Part shown: positions 47,901 to 56,390 of the stretch, piece by piece
How positions within the stretch are numbered: position 1 is the first letter of the stretch
How the letters are laid out: each line of letters opens with the position of its first letter
DNA from: Ascidiella aspersa
Lineage: Eukaryota
Reading direction: 5' to 3'
DNA length: 64,000 bases
NCBI GenBank assembly: GCA_963924565.1
Contig: OZ004614.1
Span: 12,028,001-12,092,000 of the forward strand
Made by a program: the position numbers and the translations under genes
Notes under the pieces: model-generated
Databases searched by the model: none
What the model was told of the DNA's origin: nothing
The model's input: only the letters and a program-made list of their open reading frames with translations

Positions 47901-48597
47901 CTTGGGGCAGATCCTGGATTACGCTTTTAACGCCGGTCTTTTCCAAGTGATGATTCGCCCAGTCAGTATAGATCTGTAAAAGTAAAAAAGGTATAAAACT
48001 GGGCGTTCTAACACCATACGTCAAATCGACAGTGAAACTGTGATTAGAATCGTGAAAGGTTTTGTTCAAAAAGGGTCCTGGAACAGGTTAAAAAATCTGA
48101 GAATATAACACTTCACGACGAAGCTAACCAGGACAATTCAATATTAATCGATAACAATCGCTATTCTGGTATGCAAAAATCAAAATAGACTCATTTGAAC
48201 GTTACGTTATATAACCCAGGCAATACGGCATAGCCATATTTCCCATTTCGCTAATTAACCGAAGCAATTCCCGGGGCCTTTATTCGGCGTTTATCCAAAT
48301 AAGCGCGAAAATCCGAAAATCCAAACTTCAAGGCGACGTGGCGTCAGGTGGGTTCAAGGGTTTAACAAAAACGATTACATCGATCTGCGCTTTATCGCTT
48401 TTGCTTCGACATTAAGCTCGTTAATGAAGCAATCGCGCTTGACCTAACGCGCGATCAATCGCCACTTTTTGTCGCGAACCCTTTCTGACGTAGGGCCGCT
48501 TCGTTTGTGACGTCACAAGTAAACCTGCACTCACCGTGCGCTCGACCTCGCGCGACTTCTTCGTCGACGTCAAAACCGACTGCTTTTGGCTGCTCAT
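20751..48597 (-). CDS. NAV2: Neuron navigator / UNC-53 family protein (CH domain, coiled coils, AAA+ ATPase), 43 coding exons, 1841 aa; probably a pro-orthologue of NAV1/2/3
   Basis: Exons joined by hand at GT-AG sites give consistent phases and a 5526-nt total divisible by 3. Family motifs present: IYTDWANHHL (CH start), RKSKSFN, WRSKSMS, TATVAPF, IADLRHNLEETMSSLR, GYVSEGD, YRSLPRPSK, KLTDIRLEAL, ELLPCGYIVG, Walker A GPAGTGKT, WFRDLWNFSIVPY, DPLLNMLMKLQEAA. The symbol reflects the family, not a resolved paralogue. Confidence 0.95.
21349..21635. mobile_element. hAT MITE in the last NAV intron
   Basis: CAGTG(T/G)TTCTCGGCC TIR; TSD 6/8 (ATCTAGTA vs ACCTAGTG); GGCACCC subterminal repeats. Confidence 0.85.
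21680..21845 (-). CDS. NAV2: NAV exon 42
   Basis: GPRMFTPCPM...WFRDLWNFSIVPYV...WVDPLNWI. Confidence 0.95.
22110..22367. mobile_element. hAT MITE with eroded left end (same family as 13795)
   Basis: GCGACCC repeats and TTTGAGAAACACTG right end. Confidence 0.65.
22391..22530 (-). CDS. NAV2: NAV exon 41
   Basis: LVSWLPTCWKQINGCIESQNSADVTIG. Confidence 0.94.
23028..23139 (-). CDS. NAV2: NAV exon 40
   Basis: PNLELHQEFRWILCSNHVPPVSEYLQRHLR. Confidence 0.94.
23632..23806 (-). CDS. NAV2: NAV exon 39, AAA+ Walker B
   Basis: EIREYL...PVVLVLDDLQRSSSLGDAF...PYLIG. Confidence 0.94.
24358..24442 (-). CDS. NAV2: NAV exon 38
   Basis: LAEHIVRKVAKRGKDSIVYLDLKHRNEN. Confidence 0.92.
24906..25047 (-). CDS. 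NAV2: NAV exon 37, AAA+ Walker A
   Basis: RVMLSGPAGTGKTTLAKR. Confidence 0.96.
25443..25614 (-). CDS. NAV2: NAV exon 36
   Basis: EYCEKIDPVDCLGL...PELLPCGYIVG. Confidence 0.94.
25778..25965 (-). CDS. NAV2: NAV exon 35
   Basis: ...IGACYVTRSVTWKELDGKVRQAFS. Confidence 0.93.
26460..26571 (-). CDS. NAV2: NAV exon 34
   Basis: TEMDNLRSENERL... Confidence 0.93.
27044..27203 (-). CDS. NAV2: NAV exon 33, coiled coil
   Basis: LKEELLQKERKLTDIRLEALTSQHQL. Confidence 0.95.
27365..27672. mobile_element. hAT MITE
   Basis: CAGGGGTTC left end, ATCACTG right end; perfect TSD CTTTAGAC. Confidence 0.85.
27836..28325. mobile_element. hAT MITE
   Basis: CAGTGGTTCT TIR; perfect TSD CTTTAACA. Confidence 0.9.
28375..28475 (-). 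CDS. NAV2: NAV exon 32
   Basis: LKESLKTAFGKRKS... Confidence 0.9.
28851..29004. repeat. Dispersed repeat ending in a fold-back; second copy at about 41831-41960
   Basis: Shared GGAGCATAATGGTTG...CATTTTGAACGTT.CGAATA.ATCTTT; arms 28915-28951 and 28968-29004 are near-perfect inverted repeats. Confidence 0.65.
29146..29288 (-). CDS. NAV2: NAV exon 31
   Basis: ...SLSSISSKASVSS...GRKKKHW. Confidence 0.93.
29898..30045 (-). CDS. NAV2: NAV exon 30, coiled coil
   Basis: AKVVSAFEESLSTMNCRLRELSVSAEQKDSELQELRATIESLK. Confidence 0.95.
30423..30476 (-). CDS. NAV2: NAV exon 29
   Basis: QPTKNGDPVDIHSQLNTS; phase 0-0; GTAAGT donor. Confidence 0.75.
30817..30866 (-). CDS. NAV2: NAV exon 28
   Basis: GRSQSLMASTPSLLSS, resembling the NAV GSxLSLxSSxSSxYS segment. 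Confidence 0.85.
30944..31001 (-). CDS. NAV2: NAV exon 27
   Basis: ARSTKSVSQSTHSLQQQRK; phase 0 to 1. Confidence 0.8.
31181..31250 (-). CDS. NAV2: NAV exon 26
   Basis: GDVSDWPLPTLHSSDVAASSPNV; phase 2 to 0. Confidence 0.8.
31834..31934 (-). CDS. NAV2: NAV exon 25
   Basis: SMNLLTTPSLYLDETSS...; phase 0 to 2. Confidence 0.82.
32301..32437 (-). CDS. NAV2: NAV exon 24
   Basis: ...SPLSYMSLPRKP...; GTAAGT donor. Confidence 0.85.
32800..32859 (-). CDS. NAV2: NAV exon 23
   Basis: KSSPLKYDRSQYNSLGRRK; 60 nt, phase 1-1. Confidence 0.8.
33134..33230 (-). CDS. NAV2: NAV exon 22
   Basis: EPMTSSEPPAFVYTNPNVTSPT...; GTAAGT donor. Confidence 0.82.
33740..33886 (-). CDS. NAV2: NAV exon 21
   Basis: PSQAKSKLDL...FKRSPSLQKLL...QQQQQ; phase 0-0. 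Confidence 0.85.
34310..34377 (-). CDS. NAV2: NAV exon 20
   Basis: GTLAYRSLPRPSK; alternative tandem donor would end the exon at 34307. Confidence 0.88.
34573..34677 (-). CDS. NAV2: NAV exon 19
   Basis: GLKAPGSSVVGSRLACNT...; phase 1-1. Confidence 0.8.
35430..35505 (-). CDS. NAV2: NAV exon 18
   Basis: AVEGSGKAPKFGKKKGIGKPPSGKA; phase 0 to 1. Confidence 0.8.
35964..36132 (-). CDS. NAV2: NAV exon 17
   Basis: FDDASSLSSCDISECIADVSTDEF... Confidence 0.9.
36987..37268 (-). CDS. Candidate 282-nt NAV cassette exon
   Basis: Strong polypyrimidine-CAG acceptor; phase 2-2 matching exons 16 and 17; lies within the 183-codon ORF 36740..37291; donor GTTTAT is weak. Confidence 0.4.
39197..39326 (-). CDS. 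NAV2: NAV exon 16
   Basis: ...DVTAGYVSEGD...; GTGAGT donor, phase 2. Confidence 0.9.
39988..40164 (-). CDS. NAV2: NAV exon 15
   Basis: EYDEIVAKLPDIPP...NSPKLHAGE; phase 1-1. Confidence 0.88.
40365..40465 (-). CDS. NAV2: NAV exon 14
   Basis: HNLEETMSSLRNTQ... Confidence 0.92.
40698..40795 (-). CDS. NAV2: NAV exon 13
   Basis: ...PAEAREQAVKGIADLR. Confidence 0.9.
41425..41591 (-). CDS. NAV2: NAV exon 12
   Basis: contains KTATVAPF; donor GTTAGA. Confidence 0.85.
42208..42309 (-). CDS. NAV2: NAV exon 11, contains PPPVPPR
   Basis: TLPPPVPPRTPLDVIDISPKVTGSKTLPREKQPQ; phase 1-1. Confidence 0.87.
42608..42680 (-). CDS. NAV2: NAV exon 10
   Basis: PEKRKSPMTEKPAPKTPETPSPME; GTAAGT donor. Confidence 0.85.
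42960..43082 (-). CDS. NAV2: NAV exon 9
   Basis: TLERPGDMKKSKL...LKSPSGLKSVKSSFGKAFGKS; phase 0-0. Confidence 0.88.
43299..43937 (-). CDS. NAV2: NAV exon 8, large Ser/Thr/Pro-rich exon
   Basis: 639-nt open exon covering most of ORF 43275..43907; ttccag acceptor, GTAAGT donor; repeated VTSS. Confidence 0.92.
44889..45028 (-). CDS. NAV2: NAV exon 7
   Basis: ...GWRSKSMSTKHSATT...; phase 1 to 0. Confidence 0.9.
45425..45522 (-). CDS. NAV2: NAV exon 6
   Basis: STPRRTLRPP...NRKSKSFNANDRTRINP; phase 2 to 1. Confidence 0.9.
46013..46109 (-). CDS. NAV2: NAV exon 5, end of CH domain
   Basis: GLYRRELKCVLALFFHLSRFKQ; donor GTGAGT. Confidence 0.93.
46619..46691 (-). CDS. NAV2: NAV exon 4, CH domain
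   Basis: LHNIDRCLKVLESHRVVLNDVTAQ; donor GTAAGT. Confidence 0.92.
47142..47194 (-). CDS. NAV2: NAV exon 3, CH domain
   Basis: CGEHVERIHSKPTTAKEK; phase 1 to 0. Confidence 0.9.
47856..47973 (-). CDS. NAV2: NAV exon 2, CH domain
   Basis: cag|IYTDWANHHLEKTGVKSVIQDLPQDISDGVLLADIVHFV|gtgagt. Confidence 0.95.
48535..48597 (-). CDS. NAV2: NAV exon 1 (proximal first coding exon)
   Basis: ATG; MSSQKQSVLTSTKKSREVERT; donor GTGAGT in phase 0, joins IYTDWAN. Confidence 0.75.
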
Positions 48598-51500
48598 GAC
48601 GTCACTGGATTGATGAGATCATACTGTTTAGTACGTGATGTACCCGCTCAACAAGTGCGCGAAAAAATTGCCTAAGACTGTTTTTGCTAAGTTTTGATTA
48701 AATGTTCGCAATTGTATTTTTCAGTTGTCCTATGCCGCATATAAGTAAAATGGTCACATATAAGTAAAATGATTTGAACACAAATTCTCAATGGTTTTTG
48801 GTAAACCGGAAAAATTCCGGACTACAATAAAGCTCCAGCTGTTCTTTCGTCCTCAATGCGCACTTTGCAGCGCCATAAAACCATAAACCCGACAATGAAA
48901 AAATAGAAGTTATCGCCCATGTATGTTTCTACAACACGACAAAACAGTTATTTTCATTTTTTTGGCTGTTTTTGTAATCATAGAATTAAAACCTATTGTA
49001 TGCAGGTGATAACATGTCAGTCACAATAACAATGTTTCGCTACCGCCCACCTCAACTTCTTGCTTATAAACATGTTCGTATATTTCCAAATACTGAAATG
49101 TCTACATTTTTATCTGGAGTATGTATGCAATTTTAGTGCAAAAAGCTCATACTATGCAACGCAAGTATGAAAGTTCAATTCGAGGCGTCACCATTCAGCC
49201 CAATAATAATACCACCACTTAAATCTAAACTTTTCTTCTATATCTGTTTCTAGTTTTGCTGGTACGGCGGGAGAAGTATTTTCTGTACGACCATATCCTA
49301 ATTGATGGGAAAGCATGCTTTTCTGGTAACTCGTGGTGAGGACCAAACCTAATACCACTAAACTTTCGCGACGTCGCTTCCTAAACAAGCGATCCATTCA
49401 GCGCGCTTATCATAGCGAGGCATATGTAGAGCATGCGACACATCGATCGATACATGGAGTGGGTATATATTGATACAGATTGCTCTTCCGCGGCCAGCCA
49501 AAGTGTATCGAAGTGCACCGCGAAAAGTCAACATCGAACCGAATCCGGTCGGCCATGTTATAATAAACCCACTTCAAATTAGGCCGTCTCTAACCTTCCA
49601 CCAGTTCTATCCTGCTTTGTGTTTTGCTTTTTAAATCGCATTCAGGGTAAACGGAGACCTGTTTCCTCATGGAGGTTGCTTTATTACAACTAATTTCGTA
49701 CAACCTTTCCGGAAAGCCTGGAAGCAGAAAAGGTACCAGTCCTTACTGTACCTGGCCATGCGAACTGGCTAGCAGATCCCGAGAGGCTAATAGGTTGCGT
49801 GGAGAATCTTAAATATACACATTACGGAGAAGGTATACGGGGATTGATATGTCGAGCGTGTATTACACGGCAAGCACACTGTAGTTCGTTTATCGCTGTA
49901 TTATCTGTCACTGGTAATGTAGAAATAACGGCGCTGTGTATGATTAGCCACGTTAAACTATTTCTATAAACAAGAAACTATAATGTGCAGAAATACCTTT
50001 TAACAAAAATTGATAGGTACTAATAAAACCACGCCCAACAACAACTAGTAAACTTTGCACGTATATGACAGCCGATTTTTGCTTGTAATTCGCCTTGCCC
50101 GACATAACCAATTCACTGCACGCTACTTAGCATGCAGTGTCAGTAGTAATTAAATGACTGGCTGTTGTTTGCAAGCATGGTAGTCCGTTGCCTAATTGGA
50201 GAGTAGTATAGAAACCGTGGGACTGTTGAAAAATAAATTGTATAGGTAAAGGCAACCAGCCATCGCACAATTGTGTTTTTTAGGACACAAATTTTAAAAA
50301 GATTAGGTCTTCTATCAGGTCAGTTTAACAAATATCAATAAGTCGTTTAAAGAACCGAATGAAGATTATTTTCATAAAAAAATGGAATCGTCGTCCCATG
50401 GCGCCCCACATTGCTAGCTATCATAATGACAAAAATCGAAATAAAACAATCTGGCAAACAGCAAGGTAACGAGACAAACTATATGACCAATGCCCGCTGT
50501 TAAACTTTTGTGTCGGCTATACACTATTGACAGTTGCTTTTAGAAACGAAACAGGTCACAAACGAAACAGGTCACTACAGGTTTTTTAAGCGTTGATTTG
50601 GTAGCTACAAAACTAACAACCAATGATCAGTCTATGTACTCGTCCTGTTCTGCCATAAGACTTTATTTAACCGAATTAATACCAAGATCAACTTGGCACG
50701 GTCCCTAACATGTTTGCTCCTTCGTCTCTCATACTGTATTCTACTCGAACGACACTGGCCGTTTTGAAAAGCCTTGCAAAACACTAGGTGCATCCGAAAG
50801 CGGGACATCGGCAAAAAATCTTCGGATAATTTCAAACACAGCGTGAAGCAGATGGTTGGCCAGCTTACAAGGGCTTTTAAAAAGCGGCCGCCTCTCTTTG
50901 AACCACCCCATTTTTGTTATGTATTTAAAACTTGGCAAAATCTTTATGTCAAACAGGGGGTGTATCGCTTTAAACCGCCGTGTTAACAGGCAAAGGGTGA
51001 AAGCAACCGTCCAAGTTAACCACCAAAAATACAAAAAAGAAGGCCTAGAACATTTGGAAGCGGCCTCGTAATGTGGCCATTCATTTCGCCTCACTCGGCA
51101 GGCAACAATGGGTGGCGGCGGTGGCGACGTCTTACCATAATGTTCCTAATCCCTACCACTTATCCGGTAATCGCTCGTGCTCGTTAAAAGCCACGCGACC
51201 CTCGCTGCTGCAGCCAATTTCTGGTAAGCGACTTCTTGCAGCTGCGACGTCGTTTTTCGTAATGCGAAACGACACGCACGAAACGCACCTGGCCTGCTGG
51301 CTGTAGGGTGCTATTTCGTCGTTCACAACATGGCGGAAAGGCGAAGAAACATTGACAATTTGTTCGGCTTTTGTTCGAGCAGAATAACAAGTGCGAATAA
51401 ACAGCAACATGCGCACCTGATCTACGCGTGTTAATATTGTGTGGCTCGTTTTTCAGTTTCAATTTAAACGCAAGCATATTTTCGTAATGTTTGCTACTGT

Positions 51501-53264
51501 TGTCTGCTTTTCATTAATGACCCTGTTTGGTTTAAATATTCTGCCTTGTTTCTACCTTACTTGAATTAAGTATTAAGTCATAAAAAATGCTGCTTCAGTT
51601 AGACCTAAACCCTACAATACTTCCTTCAAATGGCATTTAGGAACTAACTGTTTTTCGCTGCAAGGCAAGTTTTCGTCAGCAATACAATTTAAAATGTAGT
51701 TGGCCTTGCGCAAGGCTAACAGATGTTGCCCGACAAAACTGATTTAGACGTAGCGTGGCTTTCTGGGGAATACGATTGGGAGGCCAAGTCTCCAAAGGCT
51801 GGCTTCATTTCATGAGAATTTAATCCCCAAACAGAAAGGCATCATTGAAACCAGTCGCGGTTTTCTTTAAAGTATTAAAAAAATAAAAGGACGTACTTTT
51901 CTGATGCCTTCTACAATCTACTTTTCAACGGTAGTACCTTATTAGTAGGATGCTTGGCTTAAATATTGCACGGTAGATGCGGACAATAAATTGCTGCAAA
52001 AGCTCCTGTTAGGACAGGTCAAGAAAGAAGAAAATTGCACTATAGGCTTTAAGTAATATAAAACTTGAAATTGGTAAGCATTCTTTTCATGTAAGATTAG
52101 TTACAGTAGAAAAACACATTCCTCCCACAACAGTGCATGATGTGCATCACACCATCTCTCCTGAGAATTGCTTTTCATGCTAGAGTCATGTTCTCTGTTT
52201 TTTTGTTTAACTTTAAAAAGCCTCAAAACGCGACATTTGCAACAGTTTGTAAACAACGACATCGAACTCAACCTTTCTTCATTTTCGTTACTCAAGTGCA
52301 CACTATGAACAATAGGTTCGCACAATTTTGCTTATCGTTTGAGACGTGATTACATGGGCGTAGAAAGGCAGTCTGTCACAATAAGCAAACGCCTACGACT
52401 ATGTTCGTTGCGCGCCTTGTGTACAATCCAAAAGTCAATACTTAATCATTTACAGCGCGCTAAAACGACGGCTTGCAATGTTGACCGCTACGCCTGTACG
52501 ATAACATTCGTTTGACACAATTCGAAAATGAAAGGCTTTATTGTCGTTAGAAAAAACAATGGCTCCTGTGTCTACTAGACAAATATAGGTCTAAATGAAA
52601 AACGACTTCAAGTCAATTGCTGTTAATTAAAAGCTATACCATCAATAAAGCAGTCGTACTATACAACCTGAACCCAAACACAACAAAACGATTACAGTCA
52701 CTATTTGTACAATCTCGCTGCTATTGTTAAAACTCAGTCTAGCTATCCACCGTATTTCGGCTCGTCTAATCTCTTGGTCGTGCTTTGGTGACAGCCTGAT
52801 AGGGTGTCGTGGCTCACAGGAATAAACAGAAAAGAAAACTTTTATCTCTAAGTTTTAACCTGAATACGCATCTAAAAATTGTTTTCACCTGATTACGAAT
52901 CTAAAGACTCCCCTACTCACTAACAGATCTATCAACGTTACACTACATTGACCGACTAAAAACGTCCACCGGCGAAAGGGCTGACAGGTCGCGGTCGCCT
53001 CCCTATTCCCTAACTCGCTTTAAACAGGCTAATAAACGCGCCGCGCCAGATGGGAGGATAATAATTAGCGTGACTCCCCATCGATTCCCTGCCACGTGAC
53101 GTCATAATCAAGCGGCGCGGCGCCCGATCCCAGTTTTTGCCATTGTATCGTTTTGGGTCAGCGACGAAAAACACGCGTTTCTTTTGCTTGCAGTGGGTCG
53201 GTTAGAATGCGACGTAAAAAACAGGGTTAAAGACACATTGTTTAATTTTAGTAGGGAAACGTTG

Positions 53265-53344
53265 CAGAAAATACTGTTGCCAGTTTGGACCACAGAAAAT
53301 ACTGTTGCCAGTTTGGACCACAGAAAATACTGTTGCCAGTTTGG
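53265..53344. repeat. 28-bp tandem repeat, about 2.9 perfect copies
   Basis: CAGAAAATACTGTTGCCAGTTTGGACCA units starting at 53265, 53293 and 53321. Confidence 0.9.
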
Positions 53345-54704
53345 GATAAAAAATAATTTGCAGATAGTTAAATGGTAAAAATTATATTTCCTTAGTAAAA
53401 TGACTTTTTTTTTAAACAAAATTTGCAAGCGGTTCTTAATCTTTATAAAAATGTTAAAACACGAAGAAGTTTGTATAACCATACAATAACCAACTATCCA
53501 TAGAAATCGCAAAAATTTTCTGCACATTGGCCTGAAAGACTTTAAACAACATACCCGTAACCCTTTCACTGTTGAATGCCGAAGGGCTCGTGTAAAATGG
53601 ACCGATTGAATCTACACCACTGTAAGCTATTAAGAGTCTGACCGAGTTTCGGTTGTAATCCGAGTACAGAAAAACCCTTGGTTGTTGAAACATGGGAATA
53701 GTTCCACAGCCACTGGGCAGCATATCAAACGCAAAGTATGGGATTTCCTTTATTTATTTAACCGTGGTGAGGATTCCCAGTACAAATTAGGTTAGCTCCC
53801 TACAGAAATCCAGAGATCGTATTCACTTTCGCTTTTCAGTAGGCGTGATGGTTTCACGTGTTGGTTCGCGTGTCGCGCGCTTGGACAATTTCATGAAAAT
53901 ACCGACGTTAAAAAAGAAATCGTAGTTAAGCCTGTAGGTTTTCTTATTTTTACAACTCTTGGAGTTCTGACTAAAAAGATTGGAGTCTTAAAACAATAGT
54001 AGAATGTAGGATTGAGGGTACTTGAACACAAAACCGGTGCATTACTATAAACAGTTTTACAAGGTTGACCTTGGTGACTGCTACGAAATATTTGTAAGAT
54101 ACCACAACTGTTTCACCATAGTATGTAAAAAGAAACATAGTTGTAGATACTGTTATTATTTAAAAGTCTGTTTCGGCCCCTTAAAACACCTTAAACGTAT
54201 TGTACAAGGGTATATTGTATCTGATCAGCTATAGTCTGAAGAACATAGTTGAATATTTTAGGTTAATGTTACGAGCATCCAACGCACGCTCTTGCTGCAC
54301 TCGTCGTATTTAGCGATGATAATTGCAAATCTGAGTGCGCTCTTCCGCCATCTTTAAATCAGTCACACTTGGCTGCGGACGCGAGCTACACGCTCCATTG
54401 GCCGCGAGTGCCGGGGTGTGAACACGGCTGTGAGTCAACAATGGAACAGCGGCGGCGAGATGCGTCAAAACGATAACATTGTGACGGCAAGGAGTTTTAA
54501 AAGCAATGCCGGCCCCACACTTGCGCATGGTTTGGGTTTGCCGCCTTTGCCTGGTTAAGTGAAGATAAACAACGCGCGCGCCCAACACCCTTTGAGAAGG
54601 AATGTCGGCGAAGTTCCGCATTCCCTGCGTGAGAAAAATCGGTGGGAAAACGCAAAGTTTTGATCAGCACAATACGAATAAAAAACATCGCTAAAGTTCT
54701 AATG

Positions 54705-54806
54705 CAGAACCTATTTTACAGATTTTTTATTCATAAAACTATTGGGCCACATCATTTTTTTGCAACGTAAATGGGCCACCGAAAGAAAAAAGGTTGAGAA
54801 CCACTG
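54705..54806. mobile_element. Internally deleted hAT MITE (102 bp)
   Basis: Perfect TSD TTCTAATG; intact right end GGTTGAGAACCACTG; left end reduced to CAG. Confidence 0.75.
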
Positions 54807-55494
54807 TTCTAATGCTTTTCATGTTTCTTTAACCGCTTTTACTTAAAAAAACGTACTAGATAACCAAGTATGGAAAAAAACATTGAAAAGTGGTGTGCAA
54901 GCTTTTAAAGTGAATAAGTCAAATAACGCCCTTATCACACACAACAATAATAAGTCGATTGGAAGACGAACTTGACACAAATGGCCAAAAACTTATGGTG
55001 TTTTTTAAAAATCTGTTATATTTAACATTAAAGACAACTTTTCGCGATATTAAAATACTTAGTAGCAGCACACTTCATTTGCCTCATAAACATACTGATA
55101 TAATAAATGGATAGCTCGCAAATGACATGCAATTAGCGGTTAGCGTAATAGTTTCGAGCGAACGCAAATCGCTGCCATCTGCCGATATGGAATGCCAAGA
55201 ACCGAATTTTGTTCTGTCCATATTTTTAACGACGCATCGTAAGTCAAATTTAGTTACACATTTGACAAAATACAGCCTTTGATCGGGTCGTTCATCGCTA
55301 TTATAGTAATTATGTGCAGTGACAGGCCTTTCATAAATAATGATCCAAGATAGTTAAAAGGACCAAACAATAAACAAGTCAGCATATAACCACTGTTCGT
55401 TCACTATCAGTAATACGTCAAAATAGGATTTTGCTCAGCCGGTCACATACTGATCTTCATTCGGAACGGAACATCGCATTTGAACATCGCTTAC

Positions 55495-55536
55495 CTTTAT
55501 CATGGCCGAATTGTTCGATTTGGAAATCCACAGCAT
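55495..55536 (-). CDS. Candidate alternative first coding exon of NAV
   Basis: MLWISKSNNSAMIK followed by a strong AAG|GTAAGC donor in phase 0; in-frame stop upstream; sits at the downstream end of a GC-rich island. Confidence 0.4.
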
Positions 55537-55539
55537 GTC

Positions 55540-56390
55540 AACAGCGGGTCTCTTGGCCTTGCTTGCGAGCAATCATGTCGTCGCTTTGAAGAGTTAGCAC
55601 AGAAAAGACGGCCTTGGCCTAAAACTGCAAATTGGCGCGGGAACGTGTACACAAAGGCCCTCGACTTCACACCACGGACGACTACCTGTCTGCCCTTAAG
55701 GCGGCTAATCCTCTGCCAAGAGCCGGCGGATCGCTTTGGCTGAGCACTCAGATTACAAGTTCAAGTGCCCTGTCGCTGCCCGTGACGTCACAGTGGAATG
55801 CTCGCGCACGAGAGAGCGGCAGCTGGCGAAGTTGCGTCGGGGACGTGCATGGCGGAATAACGCGCGGCCTTGCCTGGTCGAGAGATTGCCTCGATGCCCA
55901 AAGGAAGCGTGGATAAAATTCCCGAACTTTCGCTCGAGCGCAGCGCCAAATATGGCGCCAGCACGCGACCGGCTAAACCAACAATCTTTCGACTTCCTTG
56001 GCGGGCCCTAAATTGTCTTCTCGGCAGCCCGCCGGCTCCAAGGCCCGGACGACCAAGTGCGTCAGTTCACAGCGGTAGTAGAGATGATAAGTCGGGCCCG
56101 TTAGTCTGCGGGCGAAGGCTGCCTTTCCCTAATTCCTCCGGCAAGAAACGGGCAAAAGAACCAAGACAAAGTCACGAGTGCGTTCACGCTGCGGCGGCTT
56201 TTGCGGCGCGCTGATGTATAGTGGCGGTCTGACGCGCCCAGACAACACCGCAAAACACAGGTGAAAAACAAATCTCGCTGATTTCTCGCGGTCGCCGCAG
56301 GTTAAGCGCCCCGGGAGGAGATATTTTCCTTATATTTGAAGCGGAGACGCGCAGTCGAGTTCGCTTCGCCGAAAGCCGCAAATGATTTTT
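55540..56390. promoter_or_regulatory. GC/CpG-rich island, putative NAV promoter or 5'UTR
   Basis: Markedly higher GC and CpG than flanks, contains TGACGTCA at 55783, no convincing protein. Confidence 0.4.

Noticed and set aside
53265-53344. 28-bp repeats as a CRISPR array
   Set aside because: Units are contiguous with no spacers, there are no cas genes, and the context is eukaryotic.
53108-53569. 153-aa minus-strand ORF
   Set aside because: AT-rich, crosses the tandem repeat, lacks an ATG start and splice support, and the composition is not protein-like.
55480-56381. Overlapping ORFs in the GC island
   Set aside because: Stop depletion from high GC; no recognisable domain or consistent frame.
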